Positions 19,716 to 29,953 of a stretch of DNA of 64,000 bases are shown here, in pieces. This DNA is from Klebsiella phage KpLz-2_45, in sequence record MN871446.1. One strand, 5' to 3'. The translations under genes and the position numbers were made by a program. Numbering within the stretch: position 1 is the first letter of the stretch; the number at the start of each line of letters is the position of its first letter. The notes below the pieces were generated by a model. The model ran no database searches and had not been told where the DNA came from. It was given only the letters and a program-made list of their open reading frames with translations.

Positions 19716-21010
19716 TTGCGTGCGTCGTTAAACAACGCCATAACGTCCTGTGCCGATACTTGTCCTTTTTCGATGGCCTGCCAAACTAACGTTTCGAGAA
19801 CGGAAAGTTCCCCTGTCCGACGTCCGTAGAAGTCTTCACTAAAAATGTAGTAATCGTCAATCGTAACGTCTTTGATCCCTTTGTTCCATCCCTGGGAATA
19901 CGGAATGAGCACCTCTTCCGGGAAATACTGCTCAAGGGTATAACGTACTTTTGGTCGGGTACGGTAGCCTTGTTTCAACGAAACTGCTTTCGGTTTCACC
20001 TCCCAACTGTTCCGATACCGGTCAGACCGATTAGGGAAACAGACATACGGGATACCCATGTACTGTGGGCCACGGAAGAACGGATCATTCAAAAAGAAGT
20101 TTGAAGCGACGGCAGGGATCTTCGTCTCGACGATATCCATCATGATATCTTCTTGATCTAATAGCGCATCGAATACGGTTTTGATCTCTCTGATGGTACC
20201 GTCCATCACGTTAAGGAAAGCCATCCCGTGAAACGAGCCGATATTTTCATGGGACCAGAGCGCTGCTACAAAGGTGGTCAGGAAAGGATCGTAAATGACA
20301 TTCCGTCCTTGACCCGGTAAGGTCAGCGTGGCGTATTCCTTATCGTAGAACTTACTGAGATGGAACATCGGGATCTTTTCTCGCCATTCCATCAGACTTT
20401 GGTAGTCGCCATGCGCAGAGTCTGAAATAACGGGGTTAATCCCGGAATCCAGGAAGCTGGGAATAAAGAAGTATTCTTCGACCGTTTTGTCAGCGAGCTT
20501 CTTTGCGTAATCAGCGTTAAGGAAATCCCGCATGACGTATTCAATGCGGTACGTGGACTGCATGTAGATAGAGCGTTGCTCCGGTGGCGCTGACACTTGG
20601 AAAATCCCTACACGCCCGTCTAACAGAGTTGCCGTGAAAAGGTCTCCCACGTTTGGCCGTACGCCCGGGTACATGTTCGCTCCACCACGAACAGTGAATT
20701 CCTGGATTTCTGGTCGGAATTCTGGACTGACTTGAATAGGTTCTGTTACTTTCAGTTCAAGGTTATTGATCTTCTTGTACTGTTGGTTGATTTCAAGACG
20801 AGAAACCTGTAAGCCCGCTGGCGCGTTATCGCCGTTCAGAATTTGACTGTACCACGTCACCGGCCAACGTTTCCCTTCTATCGTCGTCAGGATTGTTCCT
20901 ACGGGCGTATAGGCGGTATCGATGGCAATATCCCGATACGGGGTTTTGTTCGCTTTAAACTGGGGAAGGGGCTGTGACGGTGCATCGTCTTCTTCGTTAA
21001 ACAGGGACAT
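19637..21010 (-). CDS. hypothetical (structural-module) protein, 457 aa
   Basis: Long ORF. Confidence 0.75.
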   Translation of the reverse strand: MSLFNEEDDAPSQPLPQFKANKTPYRDIAIDTAYTPVGTILTTIEGKRWPVTWYSQILNGDNAPAGLQVSRLEINQQYKKINNLELKVTEPIQVSPEFRPEIQEFTVRGGANMYPGVRPNVGDLFTATLLDGRVGIFQVSAPPEQRSIYMQSTYRIEYVMRDFLNADYAKKLADKTVEEYFFIPSFLDSGINPVISDSAHGDYQSLMEWREKIPMFHLSKFYDKEYATLTLPGQGRNVIYDPFLTTFVAALWSHENIGSFHGMAFLNVMDGTIREIKTVFDALLDQEDIMMDIVETKIPAVASNFFLNDPFFRGPQYMGIPYVCFPNRSDRYRNSWEVKPKAVSLKQGYRTRPKVRYTLEQYFPEEVLIPYSQGWNKGIKDVTIDDYYIFSEDFYGRRTGELSVLETLVWQAIEKGQVSAQDVMALFNDARNWDDLNQFYYLPILYALIPAALRGLS

Positions 21011-21021
21011 TTACCGTGCTC

Positions 21022-22563
21022 CTATTGGAATGTGAATAAAGTGTTGAGTTGAGTCGGGAGAAGAATGTACCGGTATTTTGGCGAGTAGAACCTTCTGGCG
21101 GTGACGGCCAGATTACGGGCGGCGTCAACATAGTCCAGTTTCGATACTAATCTCCCCGGTTTAGCCGTCGGGTAGCTATATTTCTTACCGTACTCTGGGT
21201 CAAGACCATCGATGGCCATTTTAAGGTACTCAGGACGTTTTCTAAGAAGATCTACGGCAAAAGGCTGTAATGACATCAACTGAGTAAATAAACTGATTCT
21301 GACGTGATACAGGGACCTTAAATCAAGTTCTGTGTCCACCCAGATAGTCAGGTCTTCGTCAATCGTTATTGAACGAGGATCTAAAGGACGGTCATTTTGG
21401 TAGACGGCGACATGCACCCAACTACCCGTACGTTTGGTTAAGTACGCACGAGTTTCCTTCATGTATTCGACCAGTAGCGGATCGAAAGACATCTTAGGGA
21501 GGTCCGTGAGCGACAAGACCTTCTTCCGGTTCGTGGTATCGACTTGAATCAGGAACTGGGTCAGGTTCGCAGTATCGGCAGCCACCTGTGTCGGCATCCA
21601 GTCGTCAAACGAAGGGACAATGTTCCCTCTGTTTAAATTCTTGTAGAAATACTGCTCCTGGAATAGTTTACGGTAACGGGTCGAACTGATTGACCCGCGA
21701 CCCGTTAGAGGGTCAGCGTCATACCACGAAGTTTGAGTCCGGTGAGTTCTCGGAACAATCTGATTGTGGATAACTAACGGGTGTTTCATCATAAAGCCGA
21801 TAGGACGGTCAAAACCAAATCGATAACTGAACTCGATTTCGTACGCGGTACCGTCATCGACCTTATCTTCAATGGGTGGGGTATCAAACTCAAAGTTCCC
21901 TAAGATATCGAGCTGGGTCTCACGGAAAACGAACTGAGGTTTTTCAGCCCCTTGCGTAACCAGTACGGTGTTGTCAGCCAACAGTCCTTGTTTGAACCAC
22001 TCGCTAAAGCTGTCACCGTAACCTTCGACCTTTTCTCGCATTTTGTAAAAGAGATCGAAGAAGTCAAACAGTGTGTACGGTAATACGTAATTGAAATCGG
22101 CGTAGAACGATTGGTCGATAAAATGGTTGCGCATTAGTTTACGCATTCTACTTTGCCAATTCTTGGCTTCGTTTTTATCTTTAGTTCGGTAAGTAAACGT
22201 CAGGCGTGCTTTGACCGGTTCACGGAAGGTGGTCAGGTACGTGTTGATTTTGGGATCCGCCCAGACAATGTTATTGTCCGGGTAGTAGTACGCACTGGTT
22301 AGAATGTTATCCGGTTCCGGTTCTTCGCTGTAGGCGACCTTTACCTTCCCGTAGAACCCAAACCTTGCGGTATCAGTAGGATCCCATTCTTGCTGATTGA
22401 GCGTGGTTCGCCAAGTGGGGATTCCTCGCTCATCGCCCGCGTATTCGATAAAGGTGTCTTCGGGCATACCGGTTACACCGATGATCGAGCGAGTGACCGC
22501 CATCACGATTGGGCGGGTAATCATGACGTCAACGTCAGGTAACTCATATGTGAAACGTGGCAT
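21022..22563 (-). CDS. hypothetical (structural-module) protein, 513 aa
   Basis: Long ORF. Confidence 0.75.
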   Translation of the reverse strand: MPRFTYELPDVDVMITRPIVMAVTRSIIGVTGMPEDTFIEYAGDERGIPTWRTTLNQQEWDPTDTARFGFYGKVKVAYSEEPEPDNILTSAYYYPDNNIVWADPKINTYLTTFREPVKARLTFTYRTKDKNEAKNWQSRMRKLMRNHFIDQSFYADFNYVLPYTLFDFFDLFYKMREKVEGYGDSFSEWFKQGLLADNTVLVTQGAEKPQFVFRETQLDILGNFEFDTPPIEDKVDDGTAYEIEFSYRFGFDRPIGFMMKHPLVIHNQIVPRTHRTQTSWYDADPLTGRGSISSTRYRKLFQEQYFYKNLNRGNIVPSFDDWMPTQVAADTANLTQFLIQVDTTNRKKVLSLTDLPKMSFDPLLVEYMKETRAYLTKRTGSWVHVAVYQNDRPLDPRSITIDEDLTIWVDTELDLRSLYHVRISLFTQLMSLQPFAVDLLRKRPEYLKMAIDGLDPEYGKKYSYPTAKPGRLVSKLDYVDAARNLAVTARRFYSPKYRYILLPTQLNTLFTFQ

Positions 22564-22631
22564 TATTCTTCCCTCTGGGGCCCGAAAAAGTCATAGGAAT
22601 GCAAGGCCAGAAGCCTTGCATTCCGGGTTTC

Positions 22632-23531
22632 TTAGAGGTAGATACGGCCTGGGACTTCTTTTCCTGGGAGATATTCTTCCCGACCAAACTCGGTGCCTTC
22701 CAGCGCGTTGTGGTCTTGTACTGCGGAACGGATCAAGTCCTCGAAACGGGACGCTTGTGCCTCAGAGACTGCCAACAGACGACGTCCGTTATCGGCCGTG
22801 GTGAGGACACCGTTCTGATCGAGATACCCTTTTAGTGTCTCAGCGAATGCAGTGGTCTGAAGACGATGTGCGATAGGGGAACGCAGCACAACTTCAATGA
22901 TAGGGTTTCCGATCCGACAAACCAGAATCCCTAATTCCTGCATTTTCTCTTCGCGTTGAGCGGCGACAACAGGGCGACCGTTTTTTACTTCCACCGGCAC
23001 ACGAGGCGCGACTTCAGTCTCAGGAGTGAAGAGAGGTTCTGCTGCCGGTGCTTCTTTTGGTACCGGGGGCACAGCGGTGTCCGCAGGGAAATCGTTACGA
23101 ACGGAGATCAGGAATTGCTCGAAGATCTCAAACATCGCTCGAGAACCTCTGATGTAGTTCAGGACATGATCGACAGAGTTCTGCGAATTGATTTGACAGG
23201 TAAATGAATCGATCCCGCCAACTTTGAACTGGTACGTATAAAGACCGTTATCTACGCTGGTGTTTCCTTCGAACTGGTCGTTCTTAATTCGAAGAAGACG
23301 AGGGTCAGCTTTACTGACCAGGTCGAACAGTTTCTTGTACAGCGCCGACCCGCTCACACCAAACTCAGTGGAGATACCTGACGGAGTAACGTTAAAGATG
23401 TTTTCCCCGGCTTTGTCGACGTTGACCAAATTACGGATAGTATAAATCCCCCTTTGGAATTCCTCGATGGTACCTTCGTAGGAAAACGATTGCTCAAAGG
23501 GAGCGGCGATAAAGTGAATAACAATAGACAT
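22632..23531 (-). CDS. hypothetical protein, 299 aa
   Basis: Long ORF. Confidence 0.7.
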   Translation of the reverse strand: MSIVIHFIAAPFEQSFSYEGTIEEFQRGIYTIRNLVNVDKAGENIFNVTPSGISTEFGVSGSALYKKLFDLVSKADPRLLRIKNDQFEGNTSVDNGLYTYQFKVGGIDSFTCQINSQNSVDHVLNYIRGSRAMFEIFEQFLISVRNDFPADTAVPPVPKEAPAAEPLFTPETEVAPRVPVEVKNGRPVVAAQREEKMQELGILVCRIGNPIIEVVLRSPIAHRLQTTAFAETLKGYLDQNGVLTTADNGRRLLAVSEAQASRFEDLIRSAVQDHNALEGTEFGREEYLPGKEVPGRIYL

Positions 23532-23587
23532 AGTGTTTCCTTATTGAACGACGTGTCAAATTAAACTGATAAAAAGTCAAAAATAAC

Positions 23588-23609
23588 AGAAGGACCTAAC
23601 GGTCCTTCT
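23588..23609 (-). terminator. intrinsic terminator after 23612..24841
   Basis: Minus-strand read AGAAGGACC-GTTA-GGTCCTTCT followed by GTTATTTTTGACTTTTTATC. Confidence 0.6.
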
Positions 23610-23611
23610 GC

Positions 23612-24841
23612 TTATGCTTTTAATAGTGACTCTTTTGCAAGCTGTTGCAAGGTGCGGGAAACATCGAGCAGTAAACTCGACAGTTCTACAGCCGGCGTTT
23701 TGACCCAGCGACTATAAGCGATCGGATAATCGATCAGGGTACTTAGCCGAACGTTCCTCGGTTCCTGAAGACCGTCTAGTTTCCGGTACGCGTCTTTCGT
23801 GAATTGTTTCACGCGACGCTCTAACCCAGTGAAGTTTTGATCCTCGATAAAACCGAGTACCGATAACCCAACCGATTTCACGTCGTCCATCAAATCGATT
23901 ACCTCTTGCGGTTGGAAAGGCGTAAAGGCGATCTTTTCTTTATCGATATAATCGGGGTCAGAGATCATGATCACTTTCTGTCGTTGGAGTTCTTTTGCGA
24001 GTTCCAACGTAGAGGCGGCCACAACATCCGTTCGGTCTACGACTAACGAAACACCCCCTAAGAGCGAGAGTGGCGTCTGGAGTTCACGTGGGAGTTTCTT
24101 CCAGAGTTCCTTAGCGAGTTCGTTCTGGTGCTCAATTGCGTTCAGTACGTTCTCGTGGCCTTCACTGGTGATTTTTTCAACAGACTTTTCACCTTGGTCA
24201 GCGACGTCCTTACACCACCCTTTGAGAATATCCAATATGGTTTTTTGGAGGGTACTATACTGCTTACGGACAGCACCGAAATCCTTAACCGTATTATTGC
24301 CAACAGAAAGGTGACGGATTGTTTTACCGGAAACAATCGACAATTTCTTATTAGAGTAGGATCGACCGATCTTCTCTTCTGCCATATTACGAATGGCGGT
24401 AGAGAGGTTAATCATACCGCGAATACGAATACGGTGGTGTTCCCAATAATCTGTGAGTTTCCCCCAGAGCGTATCGAGTAAAGCAGCGGCGGCTTTCAAG
24501 AGCTCCGAGAGTAATGAATTCAGTGACTCTAATGCAGGGTGACCCGATAATGCCGATTCTGAAGAAGGCATCACGGCGGCGTACTGTGCACCGGTGCCTT
24601 CAGCAAGGGATTCAGTGAATGCGAGGATAATATCCATTTCTTCTTGGGTAATTTCCTCAGGGGCGATTTGCAACCGCCCCTTCTGTTCTTCCTGGGTCAA
24701 ATAACGTTGACCCAGTTCTTCGCGTTCACGTATTTCGCTTATTTCAGAATCAATCTCATCAAGATCACGGCGGGTTTCAACACTGCCTTCGGCAGCGGTG
24801 ATCTCCTCCTCAAGAGAAGGAGCGCTAAATTGATCTTGCAT
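23612..24841 (-). CDS. paralog-array protein 1 (409 aa), candidate internal head / inner-body protein
   Basis: One of four consecutive minus-strand genes sharing architecture with the next three. Ends in terminal Ala. Confidence 0.75.
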   Translation of the reverse strand: MQDQFSAPSLEEEITAAEGSVETRRDLDEIDSEISEIREREELGQRYLTQEEQKGRLQIAPEEITQEEMDIILAFTESLAEGTGAQYAAVMPSSESALSGHPALESLNSLLSELLKAAAALLDTLWGKLTDYWEHHRIRIRGMINLSTAIRNMAEEKIGRSYSNKKLSIVSGKTIRHLSVGNNTVKDFGAVRKQYSTLQKTILDILKGWCKDVADQGEKSVEKITSEGHENVLNAIEHQNELAKELWKKLPRELQTPLSLLGGVSLVVDRTDVVAASTLELAKELQRQKVIMISDPDYIDKEKIAFTPFQPQEVIDLMDDVKSVGLSVLGFIEDQNFTGLERRVKQFTKDAYRKLDGLQEPRNVRLSTLIDYPIAYSRWVKTPAVELSSLLLDVSRTLQQLAKESLLKA

Positions 24842-24853
24842 TTTACCTCCCGA

Positions 24854-26113
24854 CTACGCTGGCGCGTTCAGGCGCATCGAAGTTGAGACCGCCTCTGGCG
24901 CAGTAGACTCAACAGAAGCAGAAATATACCGGAGCGAAGCCCTTACTGTTTTAACAACGTAACGGTAGGTTTTAAAACGGTCGCCTTCGATCAGTTTCAC
25001 CGAAGAACGCATTAAAGAACCCAGTCGAGAGATATTAATACTGGTTTGACTTTTCTTGTCTTCCAGAGTCTGAATAATAGCTTTAAACTGTTTTTCTACT
25101 TTATCGTAGCTACCTGAACTTTCGCGGCTGTTTTTTACGATATTGAGTAAATTTACCCCTTCGTCAATAATAATTTTTGCTTTGGCGGCGTTCAACGGTG
25201 CGCCGGAGAAAGTAATTCCACTTTGATATACTTTCACAAGGTTAGGTGAGAGCCCATCGAGCATTTTTATTAATGTATCAACAGCATTAACGAAAGAGTC
25301 GTCCATGCCCATAAAACCTTGACCGTTGATCTTTTTAACTAAAATAGAAGTCACTGCATAACCACCCGGTAATGGGAGGGATGCGACGTCTTGTACTTTT
25401 TCAAAGTTTCTACCGCCGAAGATAGCTTCGTTATGTGCGCGATTAGGGCCCGAAAATGTTTTTGATTCATTAGGTTGAGTCAGCACTCTCGAAATAGGTT
25501 CAGCGACTTTGGCGTAGCTCTGAATGACTGCGGCGGCTTCTTTCGATTCCTGGCCCGTGAAATGATCCTCTGCGTTAATCCATTTTTCAGCGACCGCCAT
25601 CGCGTTCTCGGCCAAGTCGGACAAACCATCGCGAACGTTAACCATCATTTCAAGTACGCCGCGAAGATTTACAAACTTATTCGGGAAGCTTTCATCTAAA
25701 GAACCTTGTACAGCTAACGCTCCTGTCACCGTTGGCAATAACGTAATCTTTTCTGTTTTAAAGTTACGATGCTCTGACAGCAGACCTTTTGCGGCTTCAA
25801 TTTCTTTTTCCGCCTGCTCTACGCCAATCAGATACGTTCTGGCCCAGTCTTTGAAATCACGGAAACGTTCCATGACCCACTCGATGAGGTTTTTGAGTGT
25901 TTCTTTGATTCTACTCGAAATTTTACCGAGTGTGCTATTTTTATCCCCATCGATTGTCACGGATTCGCGGTCGGCTTCGACAGATACTTCTGAACGCTCG
26001 CCCATGAAAATACCCAGAATTTTTTGGGCATCGGTAGGAATCGCTTGACAGGATTCCAAAGAAGCCTTTACTTCGCTGTAAACCGCTAAGTCTTTTAAAA
26101 GTTGTTCGCTCAT
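24854..26113 (-). CDS. paralog-array protein 2 (419 aa; ILGIF motif), candidate inner-body protein
   Basis: Shares the ILNIF/ILGIF N-terminal motif and a C-terminus ending ...NAPA with paralogs 3 and 4. Confidence 0.75.
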   Translation of the reverse strand: MSEQLLKDLAVYSEVKASLESCQAIPTDAQKILGIFMGERSEVSVEADRESVTIDGDKNSTLGKISSRIKETLKNLIEWVMERFRDFKDWARTYLIGVEQAEKEIEAAKGLLSEHRNFKTEKITLLPTVTGALAVQGSLDESFPNKFVNLRGVLEMMVNVRDGLSDLAENAMAVAEKWINAEDHFTGQESKEAAAVIQSYAKVAEPISRVLTQPNESKTFSGPNRAHNEAIFGGRNFEKVQDVASLPLPGGYAVTSILVKKINGQGFMGMDDSFVNAVDTLIKMLDGLSPNLVKVYQSGITFSGAPLNAAKAKIIIDEGVNLLNIVKNSRESSGSYDKVEKQFKAIIQTLEDKKSQTSINISRLGSLMRSSVKLIEGDRFKTYRYVVKTVRASLRYISASVESTAPEAVSTSMRLNAPA

Positions 26114-26130
26114 TTTTTCTACCTTAAGAA

Positions 26131-27618
26131 TTAATTTGGTTTCTGGCTATTTTCGTTTTCGTCTTGCTTCTCACCTTCAAGGGAAGCTTTAGCGTATTTC
26201 AACGCAGCACGCGAAGTGGAACCGAAGAAACTCACTAAGCTACTGGTCACTGAGGATGGCATACTTGCAACGGTAGAAACGATGGAGCGTAACGCTGAGG
26301 AGATACTGCCGCCGCCTTCGCTGGTTTCGTTAATGTTCATGTTAGCGATGTTCTGGCCAGCCTGATCAACGGCGCGATCGACTTGGGACTTCTTACTTCC
26401 CGAGTTCTTCAGTTTTAACATCGCGTTCGCTACCGCCAAGGCACCGTCTGCGATCTTCGCGGCGTCTGTCGGGGAACAGCGTGAGACTTCTTTGTCCTCA
26501 ACCTGGTGGTTACGTGAGTTCCAAAGTTTATTCTCTGCCGACAGATCAACTACGATAACCTTAGAGAACTTATACGCCTTTTCCAGCGCTCTGATTCCTT
26601 CGATCGGATTTTCTGTCGGGTTAACGGTGACCACAACTGCCGCTAATCGCGCGTTACCTAAGAAAGGTTCGGACGCTTCAACAACGGCATTAACAGAATC
26701 GTCGCCTTTGAGTAACACTTCATTAGCATCGCCTGGTAAACGAATGGTGAGTTCACCTGCAATCGCTTCGGACGGATGTTTTACGCTTTCGGCGAGCGTT
26801 TTAAACAATTGATTGAACGACGCTTCGCCGCCCGGCTGGTAGCTACCAATCGCGCTTGCTACCGCCTGTGCGTTACTGTAGGTATCCTCGATGACATTGT
26901 TCAATACCATGTCGGAGATACGACCCAGGCGCATCATTTCATTCGGAACATTAGGCCAGTTACCCTCGATGAGCAGTTTACCTTTCTCAGAGAATTCAAT
27001 GTCACCAGAGCCGGGCCTGGCGTGGGTGACTTCTTCTTTGAGTTGTTCAGCTAAACTCTTAAGTTGTTCAGCGCCGTTAAAGGCGTTTTCAAGCCAGTGA
27101 CCGAACCGACTGCGGGCTTCTTTCAAAAAGGCGGAGAATTTCTGCCACCATTCACGAAGGACTTCTTTAATCCCTTCCAGTGCAACTTTCGATTCATACG
27201 GCGTGATATGCGACGCAGACTCATTGGCGACAAAGGCACGGGCAGTTTGGATACCCATGCTGTTCGAGAAAATATTCAGAATCACAGCGGCTTCGGTAGA
27301 GAGAGATTGCCCTGCATTGATCTCTGGCGCGATGGCGTCGTAAACCGCTTGGTATTTATTCGTGGTTTCAGTCAAAGACGTCAAGCCCATGATGTCGGCA
27401 TCTACCGGATCAAGAGCGTTATCAATTTCGTCGGGTAATTCGCTTTCATTGGAGTCGAAGCCGATGGGACGTTCGTCGAACGATTCGACGGATTGTTTTT
27501 CTGGTTCTACAACGGCGGACTCAATCGAGACTTGTGGACGTCGTGCGAGGACGTTTTTAATCTTGGTCATTTTAAGTATTCCTTTCCCGGGAGAAGGCGT
27601 GTTAGGAAGAAAAGTCAT
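26131..27618 (-). CDS. paralog-array protein 3 (495 aa; VILNIFSNSMG motif), candidate inner-body protein
   Basis: Aligns by eye with 27670..29928 from the ILNIF motif onward. The N-terminal region is acidic. Confidence 0.75.
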   Translation of the reverse strand: MTFLPNTPSPGKGILKMTKIKNVLARRPQVSIESAVVEPEKQSVESFDERPIGFDSNESELPDEIDNALDPVDADIMGLTSLTETTNKYQAVYDAIAPEINAGQSLSTEAAVILNIFSNSMGIQTARAFVANESASHITPYESKVALEGIKEVLREWWQKFSAFLKEARSRFGHWLENAFNGAEQLKSLAEQLKEEVTHARPGSGDIEFSEKGKLLIEGNWPNVPNEMMRLGRISDMVLNNVIEDTYSNAQAVASAIGSYQPGGEASFNQLFKTLAESVKHPSEAIAGELTIRLPGDANEVLLKGDDSVNAVVEASEPFLGNARLAAVVVTVNPTENPIEGIRALEKAYKFSKVIVVDLSAENKLWNSRNHQVEDKEVSRCSPTDAAKIADGALAVANAMLKLKNSGSKKSQVDRAVDQAGQNIANMNINETSEGGGSISSALRSIVSTVASMPSSVTSSLVSFFGSTSRAALKYAKASLEGEKQDENENSQKPN

Positions 27619-27669
27619 ACAAACCTACCGTCCACCAGGGACGGTAGGTTTGGAAGTATGCATGTTTAA

Positions 27670-29928
27670 TTACGCAGCGGTTTTCGCTGAGGCTACAGCA
27701 TAATTCAGTGCTGCATTCACTGTACGAATAGACAGAGAGACCGTACTAGAACTGAACGCGTTCAAGAAACTAACGGTGTTTTGGAAATATGCGCGCAGCG
27801 CAGTGATTTCCTGTTTAACGTTTTCACCGGTCCCTTCAACGTTGTTCGACAGTTTCAGTAAACGATCGAGGTCGGGGAGCAGCGCACTCTCAGTTTTGCT
27901 GATATCGTCTGCCAGAGAAGAGTTTTTGATTTTCTTCAGAATCTCAATAGCGCTCTCGGCAACGGCGTTGATATCAGCCACAGAAAGCGCGGGCGCTTCT
28001 TTGACTTCACTACTTTCAGTGGCGACACGGAAAGCAGGTTCTTTCGCCCACTCGTGACCAGTGACGATGACAGTAAACACGTTGCCGCCTAACAGATTAG
28101 CGGTGTATTTAAACCCTTCGCCATCGACGTCAAACGGGCCGCGTTTAAGTACGTTGCTGTATTTCTCGTAAAGAGAGCTCAGGACTTCGCGTGTACCGCC
28201 ATTACCGCTGTAGTCTTCACCGTTCATGACTTTATCAAGAACGTTCTGACGAACCGCTTTGTGGATTTCGTTAGACGCGTCAATGACAAACCCTACGGTA
28301 TCGATCATGCCGGTTGATTTGTTTTTGAACTCATTGAACGCTTTAGCGAAGTTACCGTCAACTTTCCCGCCGGTAGTTAACTGAGAAAGAAACTCGCCTG
28401 AGACAGATCCGTTTGGTGTTTTACCCTGGTCGAGACCTTTCAGCGCTTCTGCTTTACGAATCAAAATGTCAGTGCGGCTAAAGGCGGAACGGATGAATTC
28501 TTTCCCTTTGGCCATTTTATCTTTGATGAACGCGATAATACGTTCGAACCACACTTTCATGTCTTCTTGAATTGACTCAACCGCTAAGCGAGTCTGGGTA
28601 CGAGAAGTGAAGTTGTAGTTCTCCAGGGAGACATCAGACTGCAGCGGGTTACCGTCGCGTTTCATGAAGATGTTCAGAATCATCATGGCTTCAACAGAAA
28701 CACCCTTACCGTCGAGGGATTTTTCCAGGACGTCAACCACCTGAGGATAGGTGTCAAGGGCTTCGGTCAGGATACTTTCTTCATCTTCGGTGCCGGTGGT
28801 GAAATCTTCAATCACCAGGTCGCCGTCGTCAGATTCCGGTGACAGGTCAACGGGTTCTTCCGCAACCGCTTCGACAACACCTTCTGCCGGTGCTTCCGCT
28901 GCCGGGGTCTCTGCTTCCGGGGTCTCGGTGACGACTTCTTCGACTACCGGGACTTCGCCTTCCACAACAGCAGCAACTTCTTCTGGGGTGTTTTCAGACG
29001 GCGCATCAACAACCTGCTCTTCCACAACCTCAGCACTTTCAGCGGAAACAATTTCGCCATCGTGCGTGTTTTCGCCTTTACCTTCGTCCACCACTTCACT
29101 TTCGCACGGTAGAGTTTCTTCACCCTGACCTTCTGCGGCAGGTTTTTCCTGGTCGACTTCGATATCGGATTCACCGGTGCCTTCGTCTACCGGTTTTTCC
29201 TGGACGGGTTTAACTTCTTCGCCTTTACCTTCGTCGACTGCAACCTGTTCAGACGGGAGATGCTGTTCACCCGCACCGGTACCGCCTTCATTCGGCGGAT
29301 TAGTGCCGTCAGATTCACACGCGCAATCTTCAGAGGAAACTTCTTCCACAACTTCTTCGGTATCGCCAACCACTTCGTCACTTGAAGGGACTTCGCCTTC
29401 TGGGGTGACGTCAGCAACGTCAACTGGCGCTTCTTCGGTTTCGGTCAGTTCTTCGGTGGCTTCTGGGGTGACATCGACTTCGTCGGTTTCCGCCGGTGCT
29501 TCCGCTTCGACTTCTTCTGCTTCCTCGATCACTTCTTCAGCAGTGGTGTCACCGCCTTCTGCGTTGTCGACTTCTGCAACAACTTCAGCAGCTGCTTCTG
29601 GGTCGCCTGCGGCGATGGCTTCAACCTGATCGACTGTGGCTTCGCCTGAGTCAGTTACCGGAACCACCTGCGGGGGTTCGATCGGCTCAATACCGTCTAC
29701 CGGGGCATCAGTCGCTACTGGCTCTTCTACGGTGGTTTCTTCCACAACTTCTTCGGCAGGGTCTTCGCTAACAACCGTTTCATCAACGGTGACGTCATCG
29801 GATACCGGAATATCTTCAGACGGCTGGGCATCGATAACTGCTTGATCGACGACTTCTTCCGTGTTCTCATTCTCAAGCGCTGGGCTTGCTTTACGTGAAA
29901 GAACACGTTGAGTGTAAGATAATTTCAT
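27670..29928 (-). CDS. paralog-array protein 4 (752 aa) with ~330-aa acidic E/V/T/D low-complexity N-terminal expansion; candidate inner-body/ejection protein
   Basis: The C-terminal 400 aa are paralogous to 26131..27618 (MMILNIFMKRDG...). The N-terminal half is a degenerate repeat ...VDEGKGEEVKPVQEKPVDEGTGE.... Confidence 0.75.
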   Translation of the reverse strand: MKLSYTQRVLSRKASPALENENTEEVVDQAVIDAQPSEDIPVSDDVTVDETVVSEDPAEEVVEETTVEEPVATDAPVDGIEPIEPPQVVPVTDSGEATVDQVEAIAAGDPEAAAEVVAEVDNAEGGDTTAEEVIEEAEEVEAEAPAETDEVDVTPEATEELTETEEAPVDVADVTPEGEVPSSDEVVGDTEEVVEEVSSEDCACESDGTNPPNEGGTGAGEQHLPSEQVAVDEGKGEEVKPVQEKPVDEGTGESDIEVDQEKPAAEGQGEETLPCESEVVDEGKGENTHDGEIVSAESAEVVEEQVVDAPSENTPEEVAAVVEGEVPVVEEVVTETPEAETPAAEAPAEGVVEAVAEEPVDLSPESDDGDLVIEDFTTGTEDEESILTEALDTYPQVVDVLEKSLDGKGVSVEAMMILNIFMKRDGNPLQSDVSLENYNFTSRTQTRLAVESIQEDMKVWFERIIAFIKDKMAKGKEFIRSAFSRTDILIRKAEALKGLDQGKTPNGSVSGEFLSQLTTGGKVDGNFAKAFNEFKNKSTGMIDTVGFVIDASNEIHKAVRQNVLDKVMNGEDYSGNGGTREVLSSLYEKYSNVLKRGPFDVDGEGFKYTANLLGGNVFTVIVTGHEWAKEPAFRVATESSEVKEAPALSVADINAVAESAIEILKKIKNSSLADDISKTESALLPDLDRLLKLSNNVEGTGENVKQEITALRAYFQNTVSFLNAFSSSTVSLSIRTVNAALNYAVASAKTAA
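28750..29650 (-). repeat. coding low-complexity / degenerate tandem repeat region (acidic E-V-T-D rich)
   Basis: Recurring GAAGAAGT/GTTGAA-type units encode a VEE/TEE/VDEGKGE repeat. The region generates spurious antisense Ser/Thr-rich ORFs. Confidence 0.6.
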
Positions 29929-29953
29929 TTACAAATTCTCCTGGAGAGGGGGT

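Noticed and set aside
29177-29845. Ser/Thr-rich and Leu/Arg-rich ORFs (29177..29629, 29496..29771, 29636..29845, 28751..29128) inside the acidic repeat gene
   Set aside because: Alternative-frame artefacts of the low-complexity GAA/GTT/ACC repeat; they overlap the long paralog-family gene completely.
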